Shown here piece by piece: positions 7,601 through 16,882 of a DNA stretch of 64,000 nucleotides (positions are counted from its first letter, which is position 1; every line of letters begins with the position of its first letter). Source of the stretch: Oscillospiraceae bacterium (GTDB taxonomy: Bacteria > Bacillota > Clostridia > Oscillospirales > Ruminococcaceae); the NCBI GenBank assembly GCA_017396665.1, contig JAFQLH010000035.1, positions 3,206 through 67,205 of the forward strand, in the 5' to 3' direction. Under the pieces are notes generated by a model. The model worked only from the letters and a program-made list of their open reading frames with translations. It searched no databases and had not been told where the DNA came from. The position numbers were made by a program, and so were the translations under genes.

Positions 7601-8566
7601 ATGGAAAAGCTATTTTGCAAAGGCTATACCTGGGGTGCTTTCTCAAGAAGCGGACTCTATCAGACTGAAGAAGCTAAAAAGTCAATGGAAAGACTTGCAC
7701 AGAACGGTCTCGACTGGATTTGTATTCCTGTCAATGCCTATCAGGAGTCTTATATGTCAACAATGGTTCACCCCGTGTACGGCAGAACACAAACTGATGA
7801 CGATGTTGTTTTTGCAATAAATTACGCTAAAAAGCTCGGACTTAAGGTCTGCCTCAAGCCAATGGTCGATAGTATGGACGGAGTGTGGAGAGCAAGAATC
7901 AGCTTCCCCGAGGAAAGCAGAGTGGACTACTGCGACAGATGGTTCGGCTCTTATCTGCAGTTTATGCTCCACTATGCCGCAATCGCAGAAAGAACAGGCT
8001 GCGAAATGCTCTGTACAGGCTGCGAGCTCGACGGTATGGATATGAACGCAAAAAGATGCCTTAATATGATTGAGAAGGTAAGAGAGGTTTATAGCGGTCT
8101 GCTTATGCATAATATAAATCATGGCGACGAGTTCAAGTATTCTTGGCTGAGTGTAGTTGACGTTATCGGAATTTCTGCATATTACAGACTCACTGACGGC
8201 GTAAACGTGAGCTATGATAAGATGATGGAGTCCTGGGCTAAGGTGAAGGAAAGGCTTCAGGCTGCACACGAAAAATACGGCAGACCGATTATGTTTGCCG
8301 AAATCGGTATAAGAAATGAACACGGCTGCTCTGCTTATCCGTATGATTTCAAGCATAGAGCGGATGTCGCCCTCGATGAAGACGAGCAGGCAGACTTTTA
8401 TGAAAGTGCCTTCGCAACCTTCTGGAATGAGGAATGGTTCAAGGGCTACTTCTGGTGGGACTGGAAGGCAGTGCTTACACCTGATGATAAAATCCACGAA
8501 AACCGTGACTTTACCTGTTACGGCAAAAAAGCAGAACAGGTTCTCAGACGCTGGTATACTAAATAA
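7601..8566 (+). CDS. Putative TIM-barrel glycoside hydrolase (clan GH-A-like), no signal peptide
   Basis: 321 aa. Candidate acid/base (CTGCELDG) and nucleophile (MFAEIGI) glutamates occur at GH-A-like spacing, and the C-terminus is aromatic-rich (FWWDW). The family assignment is uncertain. Confidence 0.5.
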   Translation: MEKLFCKGYTWGAFSRSGLYQTEEAKKSMERLAQNGLDWICIPVNAYQESYMSTMVHPVYGRTQTDDDVVFAINYAKKLGLKVCLKPMVDSMDGVWRARISFPEESRVDYCDRWFGSYLQFMLHYAAIAERTGCEMLCTGCELDGMDMNAKRCLNMIEKVREVYSGLLMHNINHGDEFKYSWLSVVDVIGISAYYRLTDGVNVSYDKMMESWAKVKERLQAAHEKYGRPIMFAEIGIRNEHGCSAYPYDFKHRADVALDEDEQADFYESAFATFWNEEWFKGYFWWDWKAVLTPDDKIHENRDFTCYGKKAEQVLRRWYTK

Positions 8567-8578
8567 AGTTTACATACA

Positions 8579-8610
8579 AACGCTCGGGAAACGGGCGTTT
8601 TTGTAATTTT
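8579..8610 (+). terminator. Rho-independent terminator
   Basis: aacgctcg-ggaaa-cgggcgtt forms an 8-bp stem with one G:U pair, followed by tttgtaattttt. Confidence 0.7.
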
Positions 8611-8679
8611 TGAAGCTGAATGTAACAGAATGTAACAAACTGAGCGTGAATTTGTAATCAAATTGTACGTAAATTGACG

Positions 8680-8708
8680 TTGCATTGCAAACAATATTAT
8701 GGTATAAT
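8680..8708 (+). promoter_or_regulatory. Promoter for the L,D-transpeptidase gene: TTGCAT-17-TATAAT
   Basis: ttgcat tgcaaacaatattatgg tataat. Confidence 0.65.
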
Positions 8709-8771
8709 GATACTGTGTTAAACTGTTTTTATTCAAAGACAGCGTGAAACCTATGTCTGAAAGGATTTTTT

Positions 8772-10655
8772 ATGGCAAATAATTATGATATCTCCGGTGG
8801 AAGAGGCAATAGCGAAGACCTCGATGTAAGGTTCAGCTCTTCAACACCGTCAGGCGATTTGTATTCCGAAAAGCCTGCAGATGCTTCAGCCCAGTCTGAC
8901 ATACGCCGTAAGCGTGCGGAGGATATGGCAAAGCGTATAGCTATGAGCATCGGCGAGGATGACTACGAAAGCACACAGCCTGTAAATGTTAACGAAAGAC
9001 AAAGGGCATCAGCTTCTGCAAATGATGTAACAAGGGAGAGCACAATGGCAAGCAGACAGACAAGACCGGCAGGTCAGAGAGCTTCTCAGGGGCAGAGAAC
9101 TGCCTCTGGACAGAGAAGACCTGCATCACAAAGAAGCTCTGCATCAGGTTCAAGAAACGCAGGTGCAGGTCAGAGAAGACCGGGCACAAGACCGGCTGGC
9201 TCAGCTTCGAGAAAGCGTAGAAAGAAGAAGTCTTCAGGTGGAAAGACCGCAGCAGTATTTCTTGTAGGTTTCCTCCTCCTCGTTGTCGGTATGGCTTACT
9301 TTATCGGACTTGTGCTCACAAACGGAGCATTTCTCCCGAATACAACCATTAACGGTGTGGATGTAAGTAAGATGACTCTGCAGGAAGCAACCGAGGCTGT
9401 CGATAATAACGACGTCGCAAAGTCGCTTGTGCTGACAAACGCAGACGGCTCTGTCGCATATTCTATACTTCTCGATGAGTTCGGATATTCATTCGATATC
9501 GACGAGCAGGTTGCAAAGTTCTATTCTGAAATTGACAGAAAGGTCTGGTTCAAGTCACTCTTTGCTACTACTGAGTATACGCTTGATACCTCTGCAAACT
9601 ATGACGAGAAGAAGCTCCAGCAGCGTCTTTCAAATATCAAGTGGGCAACTGTTGAGCCTCAGAATGCATTTATTACAAAAACAGCTAACGGCTATCAGAT
9701 AGTTCCTGCGGTCGATGGCAACGAAGTCGATGCACAAGGACTTGTAGCTCATATTCTCGACGAGGTTAAGAACGGAAATCTCAGAGTAAATATCGGCGAT
9801 TTTTATTCTGTAAAGCCTGCGGAAATTCAGTCTGCTGACCTCCAGGAACAGCTTGAATACTACGAGAACTTCTCCGATTTCAAGATTACAATCGACTTTG
9901 ACTATACTCAGGAAGTTCTCTCAATGGACGACTACGCTACATGGCTCGAGTTCAGCCCTGACGGAAACTATACCGTCAAGGAGGACGAGGTAGCCCACTA
10001 TGTTGGATACCTTGCCGATACCTATGATACCTACGGTACAACAAGAAGCTTTAACGCAACACTCCAGGGCAATATCCGTGTAAGCCAGGGCCCACAGGGA
10101 ACATATGGCTGGATGATTGATAAGGAAAAGACAGTCGAAAGACTTACAAAGGTTCTCCTTGCCGGCGAAACCACAACAATCGACCCTGTGTATGCTACAA
10201 GACTTGATGATTACGGCGTTGCATTCTTTACCTATAAGGGACAGGAGGACGCAAGGTCAGCAGGTGACGATATCGGTAATACCTATATCGAGGTTGACCT
10301 CACCGCACAGCGTATGTGGTACTACGAAAACGGCGTCTGCAAGTTCCAGACAGACCAGATTGTATCAGGCCTCGCTTCTGATTCTGATAGAATTACACCT
10401 GAAGGTGTGTACGAAATTCTCGAAAAAAAGAGCCCTGATTACCTCAGCGGTGACGGATATTCCGACGTTTATGTAAAGTACTTCATAAGAGTTTCATATG
10501 AAGGTATCGGATTCCACGACCTCAGCAGAGGAAGCTACGGCGGAAATATCTATCTTACAAACGGCTCACACGGCTGCATCAATATGAAGCTTGCAGAGGT
10601 TGAAAAGCTCTACGGAATGGTTAAGGGCGGAACACCGGTCGTTATGTATTACTAA
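8772..10655 (+). CDS. L,D-transpeptidase (YkuD domain) with a disordered N-terminal tail and a TM anchor
   Basis: 627 aa. The C-terminus has GFHD...SHGCINM, the YkuD catalytic His/Cys. A single TM segment (AAVFLVGFLLLVVGMAYFIGLVL) follows an R/S/Q-rich N-terminal region. Confidence 0.85.
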   Translation: MANNYDISGGRGNSEDLDVRFSSSTPSGDLYSEKPADASAQSDIRRKRAEDMAKRIAMSIGEDDYESTQPVNVNERQRASASANDVTRESTMASRQTRPAGQRASQGQRTASGQRRPASQRSSASGSRNAGAGQRRPGTRPAGSASRKRRKKKSSGGKTAAVFLVGFLLLVVGMAYFIGLVLTNGAFLPNTTINGVDVSKMTLQEATEAVDNNDVAKSLVLTNADGSVAYSILLDEFGYSFDIDEQVAKFYSEIDRKVWFKSLFATTEYTLDTSANYDEKKLQQRLSNIKWATVEPQNAFITKTANGYQIVPAVDGNEVDAQGLVAHILDEVKNGNLRVNIGDFYSVKPAEIQSADLQEQLEYYENFSDFKITIDFDYTQEVLSMDDYATWLEFSPDGNYTVKEDEVAHYVGYLADTYDTYGTTRSFNATLQGNIRVSQGPQGTYGWMIDKEKTVERLTKVLLAGETTTIDPVYATRLDDYGVAFFTYKGQEDARSAGDDIGNTYIEVDLTAQRMWYYENGVCKFQTDQIVSGLASDSDRITPEGVYEILEKKSPDYLSGDGYSDVYVKYFIRVSYEGIGFHDLSRGSYGGNIYLTNGSHGCINMKLAEVEKLYGMVKGGTPVVMYY

Positions 10656-10690
10656 AAAAATAAAAGCAGGACGAAAGTCCTGCTTTTTTT
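10656..10690. terminator. Bidirectional rho-independent terminator between convergent genes
   Basis: aaaaaaataaaagcaggac-gaaa-gtcctgcttttttt, with A-tract and T-tract flanks. Confidence 0.8.
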
Positions 10691-11665
10691 CTATCCCTCA
10701 TTAACGTATCGCTGGATAGCAGCCTCGAAAAGATTATGAACCTCGTGGGATAAGTATGCATCATCACCCGAAGGAAGCTTCGCAAAGCCACCCGCCATTC
10801 TGGCGTGACCGCCGCCGCTGCCAATATCCTGAAGTGCGTACTGAATGATTTTTCCTGCGTGATATTCCGGAAGCTCCGAGCGTACCGAGAATTTGTATCC
10901 GTCGTTTCTCTTAGCGTATACTACGCTGAATTCAATAACATCGAGTGCAAGAATAAAGTCTGAAATCATCGCAATAAGTGCGTCAGGGCACTCAAACGGA
11001 ATGAATGCGTAGCCAACGTTTTCAAATACACTTATACTCTCAATTGCCGAGCCGTATGCCTTGAGGTCAGCAAACTCCAGCGTGTTTATCTTCATTCTGT
11101 CAAGAAGGTCGTTGTCAGCATGTAGGAAAAGCTTCCCGTACATCTGAACGTCAAGATGTGTCACACCCCTCGAAAAATCAGCCGTGTCCATCTTTATTCC
11201 ATAAAGAAGTGCCGAAGCAACGCTTCGCTCAAGCGGGATGTGGTTGTCAATAAAATATTCTGTAATAAGTGAAGCACAAGCACCAACAATTCTTACATCT
11301 CGATAACCGTATTCACAGTCAAAGATAGTAGGGTGATGGTCTATGCAAGCAATCTCTTCACCAATAAGGTCAGTGAGATTTGAGTTGTATTTCTGTGCGT
11401 CAACTGTGATTATCTTGTCTGTTTCGCACATATCTGTTATATCGGAAATCGCCACCATCTCTATACCGAAATTCGAAAGCATAGTCAGAGCCGAAAGCTT
11501 TTCAGCAGTTCCGTCATAGCATATGGTCGATTTTATGCCGTAGTGTTCAAGAAGCTTCTGCAAGCCGAAAGCGGAGGCAATTGCGTCAGGGTCAGGGTAG
11601 TTGTGAGTCTGAATGAATATGCGTCCGTCAGATGCTATTTCAATTAGTTTCTTCAAATCCTTCAT
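10691..11665 (-). CDS. DHH/DHHA1 family phosphoesterase (NrnA-like oligoribonuclease/pAp phosphatase)
   Basis: 324 aa with HNYPDPDAIAS, CIDHHP (DHH motif) and GGGHARMAGG (DHHA1 GGGH motif). Confidence 0.85.
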   Translation of the reverse strand: MKDLKKLIEIASDGRIFIQTHNYPDPDAIASAFGLQKLLEHYGIKSTICYDGTAEKLSALTMLSNFGIEMVAISDITDMCETDKIITVDAQKYNSNLTDLIGEEIACIDHHPTIFDCEYGYRDVRIVGACASLITEYFIDNHIPLERSVASALLYGIKMDTADFSRGVTHLDVQMYGKLFLHADNDLLDRMKINTLEFADLKAYGSAIESISVFENVGYAFIPFECPDALIAMISDFILALDVIEFSVVYAKRNDGYKFSVRSELPEYHAGKIIQYALQDIGSGGGHARMAGGFAKLPSGDDAYLSHEVHNLFEAAIQRYVNEG

Positions 11666-11823
11666 TTGATGTTTCCTCCGTAAAAGTGATAAGAATACTG
11701 TCCTTTTAGCGACGGTTTCGTGTGCGGATAATAAGTTTCATATATTATATCACATAATGTCAAAAAAGTCACGCACAAATTGCACTTTTCATTAGTGAAA
11801 AATATAAAAGTTATATATTTCTA

Positions 11824-11852
11824 TTGACAAACAAGTCGCATAGTTTTAGAAT
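11824..11852 (+). promoter_or_regulatory. Promoter for the LtaS-family gene: TTGACA-17-TAGAAT
   Basis: ttgaca aacaagtcgcatagttt tagaat. The TTG that the ORF track uses as a start codon at 11824 is the -35 hexamer. Confidence 0.6.
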
Positions 11853-11922
11853 TAAATATGTAATATGTAAGTCGCATATGATTATATGTTATCTGCGGCA
11901 GAAAGATAAGGTAGACTATTCA

Positions 11923-14097
11923 ATGAAAGATAAAATAAAAAAGCTATGGAATGGTGTGAAGAAGTTTTCCTGTGAAAACGTGTTGCTGCTCGTGTTCCTG
12001 TTTTCTTCAATAGTGAACTCGTTTGTTCTTCGTGCCTATACAGTGAAGAATTACTTCTCGGTACAGCCTGTACTCGCAGAGCTTGGTATGTGCGTTATGT
12101 TTAGCATACTCGGCTTTGCTATAAAACCTAAAAGACGTGTCATATATTATTCAATAATATCAGTGCTGTTTGCATTCATGTGCGGAGCAAACTCGGTGTA
12201 TTATACAAACTACCGCTCGTTTATCTCGTTCTCACTTCTCGCAACAGCTTCTCAGCTCGGCGGCGTAGCAAATGCTGTAACAGGCTATATTATGGAGCCT
12301 AAGGATATAGTTTTTATCTGGGCACCGATTTTTGTTATTGCAACACATTTTATAATCAAGAAGAAAGCACCTAAGCATTACGAAAACACAGAAGCTTCCC
12401 AGAAGGGCAAGAAAATGCCCCTCAAGGCATTCATATGTGGCTTGTGTATGCTCGGAGTCTTTGCACTGACCCTTACAGGTACAGACTGGTCAAGACTCAG
12501 AAAGCAGTGGAACAGAGAATATGTTCTCGGTAAGTTTGGTATGACAATTTACCAGCTCAGTGATATTGTTTCATCAGTTGCCGCAAAGTTCAATACAATC
12601 TGGGGCTTTGAAGAAAGCCAGCAGACGTTTACCGACTTCTATGACGAGGAAGACTCCAATAATACGGGCAAGAACGCATACACAGATATCTTCGAGGGTA
12701 AGAATATCATCGCTATCCACGCCGAAAGTATCCAGAACTTCACGCTCGGTACATATATAAACGGCAAGGAGCTTACACCTAACCTCAATAAGCTTGTGGA
12801 TGAAGGAATCTATTTCTCTAACTTCTATGCCCAGGAAAGCGTAGGAACAAGCTCTGACTCAGAGTTCACATTCAGCACCTCGCTTCTTCCTGCAACAAGC
12901 GGTACAGTAGCAATCAATTACTGGGACAGAAACTATATGAGTATCCAGAAGCTTCTCAAGGAAAAGGGCTACTATACCTTCAGTATGCACGGAAACAACG
13001 GCTCTTACTGGAACAGACTCAACCTCCACGCATCTCTCGGCTACGACAGACTGTACCATTCATCTGAGGACTTCAATATTGATGAATCAATCGGACTCGG
13101 ACTTTCTGATAAGTCCTTCTTCAGACAGGCTATCTCCAAGATACAGGGTATAGATATGGAGAATGAGAACTTCTACGGCGTTATGATTATGCTTACAAAT
13201 CATACTCCGTTTACCGATATCGAAAATTACAGTGACTATACTGTCGATTTCAAGTATAAGAAGTATAACCTTGAAACACGTTCGTATGAAGAAGTCTCAG
13301 CAGACTTCCTCGAAGGAACCTCAATGGGCAGCTACCTCAAGTCAGTGCACTACGCAGACGAAGCAATCGGACAGTTTATTAATGACCTCGATAGTGCAGG
13401 CCTGCTCGATGATACAGTAATTGTCATCTATGGCGACCATGACGCAAAAATCAAGGAAGAAGAGTACGAGTATTACTATAACTACAATCCGTTCGAGGAC
13501 GAAATGCTCGACGAGGATGACGACGGATATATCGCAGTTGACGAGTTTACCTATAATATAAACCGCTCTGTTCCGTTTATCATCTGGAGCAAGGATATGC
13601 CTGTAAAGCCTGTAGAGGTAACCAAGGTAATGGGTATGTATGACTGCCTGCCGACACTCGGAAATATGTTCGGCTTTGAAAGTGAGTACGCTCTGGGAAC
13701 TGATATATTCAGCCTCGGAAGGAATGAGGAGAATGTAGTTGTATTCCCTAACGCAAGCTTTATTACTGATACAATCTACTACGATAGCCAGACAGGTGAC
13801 TACTTTGACCTTACGGGATATAAGAATGTAGCTCTCAATGCTTCCTGTAATCAGATTTATAAGGGATATATCAGCCCGGTTTACAGAGAAGAAAGAGATT
13901 CAGTGTTTAAAACAGAGCCAAGCGAGTATAGTGAAGATAATATCTCAGACCGTATAAATAATGGGGTAGTGGACCAGGATTATATCGACTACTATACCGA
14001 ATACGCAGAAAAACGTATCGAGGTTTCAAATGCGATTATCTTCCATAACCTTATAGAAGAACAGCAGAATGAGCAGGCTGAAGAAAATGCCAGCTAA
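11923..14097 (+). CDS. LTA synthase family protein (sulfatase-domain, LtaS-like)
   Basis: About 724 aa with an N-terminal polytopic membrane region followed by an extracellular sulfatase-like domain (HAESIQNF...MHGNNGSYWNR...MLTNHTPF...YGDHD). The start is set to ATG 11923 (MKDKIKKLW), downstream of the promoter. Confidence 0.85.
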   Translation: MKDKIKKLWNGVKKFSCENVLLLVFLFSSIVNSFVLRAYTVKNYFSVQPVLAELGMCVMFSILGFAIKPKRRVIYYSIISVLFAFMCGANSVYYTNYRSFISFSLLATASQLGGVANAVTGYIMEPKDIVFIWAPIFVIATHFIIKKKAPKHYENTEASQKGKKMPLKAFICGLCMLGVFALTLTGTDWSRLRKQWNREYVLGKFGMTIYQLSDIVSSVAAKFNTIWGFEESQQTFTDFYDEEDSNNTGKNAYTDIFEGKNIIAIHAESIQNFTLGTYINGKELTPNLNKLVDEGIYFSNFYAQESVGTSSDSEFTFSTSLLPATSGTVAINYWDRNYMSIQKLLKEKGYYTFSMHGNNGSYWNRLNLHASLGYDRLYHSSEDFNIDESIGLGLSDKSFFRQAISKIQGIDMENENFYGVMIMLTNHTPFTDIENYSDYTVDFKYKKYNLETRSYEEVSADFLEGTSMGSYLKSVHYADEAIGQFINDLDSAGLLDDTVIVIYGDHDAKIKEEEYEYYYNYNPFEDEMLDEDDDGYIAVDEFTYNINRSVPFIIWSKDMPVKPVEVTKVMGMYDCLPTLGNMFGFESEYALGTDIFSLGRNEENVVVFPNASFITDTIYYDSQTGDYFDLTGYKNVALNASCNQIYKGYISPVYREERDSVFKTEPSEYSEDNISDRINNGVVDQDYIDYYTEYAEKRIEVSNAIIFHNLIEEQQNEQAEENAS

Positions 14098-14101
14098 ATT
14101 T

Positions 14102-14130
14102 AAAAGGGAGTGCAAACGCACTCCCTTTTT
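14102..14130 (+). terminator. Rho-independent terminator
   Basis: aaaagggagtgc-aaac-gcactcccttttt. Confidence 0.8.
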
Positions 14131-14140
14131 GTGTTACAAA

Positions 14141-14173
14141 GAAAAAATAAAAGCGCCGCACAACTGCGACGCT
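14141..14173 (-). terminator. Rho-independent terminator for rpmB
   Basis: The minus strand reads agcgtcgca-gttg-tgcggcgct followed by tttattttttc. The stem has one mismatch. Confidence 0.65.
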
Positions 14174-14206
14174 GTCCTTTCGGATATTAACAAGAAGCTT
14201 AAGAAA

Positions 14207-14392
14207 TTAAGCTCTTTCAACCTTGCCGGAACGCAGGCATCTGGAGCATGCGTAAACGTGACAAGGAGTGCCGTTAACAACAGCCTTTACTCTCTTAACG
14301 TTTGGCTTCCAAGTTCTGTTTGTTCTTCTGTGTGAGTGAGAAACCTTAATTCCGAAAGTTACACCCTTTCCGCAAATATCGCACTTTGCCAT
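14207..14392 (-). CDS. rpmB: 50S ribosomal protein L28
   Basis: 61 aa: MAKCDICGKGVTFGIKVSHSHRRTNRTWKPNVKRVKAVV...CSRCLRSGKVERA. This is the canonical L28 in its Cys-containing (zinc-ribbon) form, with an AAGGAGG RBS. Confidence 0.95.
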   Translation of the reverse strand: MAKCDICGKGVTFGIKVSHSHRRTNRTWKPNVKRVKAVVNGTPCHVYACSRCLRSGKVERA

Positions 14393-14436
14393 CAGGTTGC
14401 ACCTCCTTTACAATAATCAAAATATGCAACATTAGT

Positions 14437-14465
14437 ATTCTAACAGAATTCAAAAGAAAAAGCAA
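14437..14465 (-). promoter_or_regulatory. Promoter for rpmB: TTGCTT-17-TAGAAT with upstream A-tracts (UP-element-like)
   Basis: The reverse complement reads ttgctttttcttttgaattctgttagaat. Positions 14466-14510 are A-tract-rich on the transcribed-strand sense. Confidence 0.55.
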
Positions 14466-14546
14466 GTGTTTTTTTGATTTTTTTTTAATTTGACTGCATT
14501 TTTTTAAAACTTTATGCGTTGTTACAAAAAAATGACGAGAATGACC

Positions 14547-14575
14547 TTGTAATTTTACTTAAAATATAGTATAAT
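14547..14575 (+). promoter_or_regulatory. Promoter for the site-2 protease/scpAB unit: TTGTAA-17-TATAAT
   Basis: ttgtaa ttttacttaaaatatag tataat. Confidence 0.6.
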
Positions 14576-14643
14576 ACATAATGTATTGGTGTGATTATAT
14601 GCCAATTTAAAATGTTATCACTCCCCGAAAGGACTAAAATGTT

Positions 14644-15333
14644 TTGGAAGCACAGACTATTATCGAATACGGCGCCAGATTGCTGATTATTTTTATGATA
14701 CTGCCTATACATGAGTTTGCCCATGCGTATTGTGCCTATAAGCTCGGTGACAATACCGCATTGTATAAGGGGAGACTCACAATGAACCCGCTTGCACATA
14801 TTGATTTGCTGGGTGCGTTCTGCCTCTTGTTTACAGGCTTCGGTTGGGCAAAGCCTGTCCCTGTAAACCCGCTTAAGTTTAAAAAGTACAGACGTGATAT
14901 GGCCCTTACCTCACTCGCAGGTCCGCTCTCAAATGTCATCGTCGCTTTTCTGGCAACAATAGGTCTTAGATTCGCTATCGCTCTTAATAATGATAAATAT
15001 ATGCTGGAAGACGGCATCATATATTATATGACCGGCACAAACGACGAGCCTATATACTACCTGATTCTTCTTCTCTATTTCTTTATAAGCGTAAATATAG
15101 GTCTTGCAATATTCAATATGATTCCTATACCGCCGCTTGACGGCTCTAAGATACTCAGCTACTTTACATCTGCAAAGTATGAAAAGTTCCTCTACGAAAA
15201 TCAGATGATGATAAGAATCGTGTTTATCGTAGCTGTTGCTTCAGGAATACTGTCAAAGCCACTCGGATTTCTGGGTGGAAAGGTCTTTGATTTCTTTATC
15301 CTTATTACAAACTGGATAGAAAAGCTGGTGTAA
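14644..15333 (+). CDS. Site-2 protease family (M50) membrane metalloprotease
   Basis: 229 aa with an HEFAHA (HExxH) motif near the N-terminus, multiple TM segments and a later PIPPLDGSK motif. The TTG start is preceded by an AAAGGA RBS; the start is somewhat uncertain. Confidence 0.8.
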   Translation: MEAQTIIEYGARLLIIFMILPIHEFAHAYCAYKLGDNTALYKGRLTMNPLAHIDLLGAFCLLFTGFGWAKPVPVNPLKFKKYRRDMALTSLAGPLSNVIVAFLATIGLRFAIALNNDKYMLEDGIIYYMTGTNDEPIYYLILLLYFFISVNIGLAIFNMIPIPPLDGSKILSYFTSAKYEKFLYENQMMIRIVFIVAVASGILSKPLGFLGGKVFDFFILITNWIEKLV

Positions 15334-15336
15334 GGA

Positions 15337-16293
15337 ATGGAAAGAGAAAGCCTTACATTTAAGCTCTCCTGCTTTGAAGGACCCATGGATTTGCTTTTGT
15401 TCCTTATATCTAAGCATAAGCTTAATATCAACGATATACAGATTACCGATCTGCTCGAGCAGTATCTTCTCTACATCGAGGACCTCTCGGAAACTGATTT
15501 TGAAACAGCAGGGGAGTTCCTCGAAATGGCAGCAAAGCTGATTTATATCAAAACGGTCAGCTTGCTTCCAAAGCCCGAGGAAGCACAGGAGCTCAAAAAA
15601 GAACTGGAAGGAAAGCTCATTGAGTATTCACTCTGTAAGCTCTGTGCTCAAAGACTCTCAGGAAGCTTTATCGGTAACGATAGCTTTGTACGAGAGCAGA
15701 TGAAAATTGAGGTCGATAAGACCTATAACGTAATCCATACCCCCGATGTGCTCCTTAAGGCATATCTGGCTGTTTCAACAAGGGCTAAACGTGCCCAGCC
15801 TCTTAAGGCATCACTGTTTGAGCCGATAGTTTCACATAGGATTGTTTCTGTTACCTCGAAGATTATCTTTATTCTGAAGAATCTCTATACAAAGGGTACC
15901 TGCCCTATGGACAAGCTCTATGACGGCGTAAGTGATAAAAGTGAGCGTGTAGCAACCTTCCTCGCTGTGCTTGAGCTTACAAAGTCGGGCAGAATAAGAA
16001 TAAGCGACGATAACAGCGAGCTGTATTTTGTCGGAAAGCGCCGTGCGGAAAGACATGTCCTGCATGAGCAGATACAGGAGGAACAACCATCGGACGACGA
16101 TGAGAGTATAGCCTCGGAGGATGACAGTGATGTTGAGACGCAGGAGTCTGAATATAAAGGCTCTGCACAGCTTAAGGTGAACCTGTGGAATAATCCGGGC
16201 GCAATCAGACACTACCGTATCGCAACTGGTGCTCTGAGAAAAACAAATCTTTGGGGATATGTAAAGAAAGGCAATAATAATTTATGCAGATAG
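15337..16293 (+). CDS. scpA: Segregation and condensation protein A, with a roughly 70-aa acidic/basic C-terminal extension
   Basis: 318 aa. FEGPMDLLLFLISKHKLNINDIQITDL is the typical ScpA N-terminus. It is followed by, and overlaps by 10 nt, scpB. Confidence 0.85.
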   Translation: MERESLTFKLSCFEGPMDLLLFLISKHKLNINDIQITDLLEQYLLYIEDLSETDFETAGEFLEMAAKLIYIKTVSLLPKPEEAQELKKELEGKLIEYSLCKLCAQRLSGSFIGNDSFVREQMKIEVDKTYNVIHTPDVLLKAYLAVSTRAKRAQPLKASLFEPIVSHRIVSVTSKIIFILKNLYTKGTCPMDKLYDGVSDKSERVATFLAVLELTKSGRIRISDDNSELYFVGKRRAERHVLHEQIQEEQPSDDDESIASEDDSDVETQESEYKGSAQLKVNLWNNPGAIRHYRIATGALRKTNLWGYVKKGNNNLCR

Positions 16294-16841
16294 AAGAACT
16301 TCTGACAGTAACCGAAGCAGTGCTTTTTGCAAGCGGTGAACCAATCGAAGCGCAAAAGCTTGCTCAGGTGCTTGATACCGAGCTTGAAACCGTGCATAAG
16401 CTTGTAATTATGCTCAATGATAAGCTTGATGAAAGACAAAGTCCGCTGACTGTACTTACTCTCGACGATTCGTACCAGCTCAGCGTTAAAACAAAGTATA
16501 GCGAGTATGTAAAAAAGGCGCTCGAAACAAAGCGTAATACAGTGCTCTCTCCCGCAGCAATGGAGGTTCTCACAATTGTTGCGTATAACCAGCCTGTAAC
16601 CAAAAGCTTTGTCGAAAGCGTAAGAGGTGTCGATAGCTCGTCTACCGTCAATTCGCTCGTCGAAAAGGAGCTTCTCGCAGAAGCCGGCAGACTCGACTTG
16701 CCGGGAAGACCTATCGCCTATAAAACAACACCGAACTTTTTAAGATGCTTCGGACTCTCGTCAATAAGCGAGCTGCCCGCAATTCCAAGGAATGCGGAAC
16801 AGATTAATATCGATGAGGTAATTGAAAACGCAGAAAATTAA
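16284..16841 (+). CDS. scpB: Segregation and condensation protein B
   Basis: 185 aa. It has LTVTEAVLFASGEPI, VLTIVAYNQPVTKSFVESVRGVDS and GRPIAYKTT, the ScpB winged-helix motifs. Confidence 0.9.
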   Translation: MQIEELLTVTEAVLFASGEPIEAQKLAQVLDTELETVHKLVIMLNDKLDERQSPLTVLTLDDSYQLSVKTKYSEYVKKALETKRNTVLSPAAMEVLTIVAYNQPVTKSFVESVRGVDSSSTVNSLVEKELLAEAGRLDLPGRPIAYKTTPNFLRCFGLSSISELPAIPRNAEQINIDEVIENAEN

Positions 16842-16882
16842 AGCGAACAGTAAATCCGGTATATAACCTTGGCTGAAAGGAG

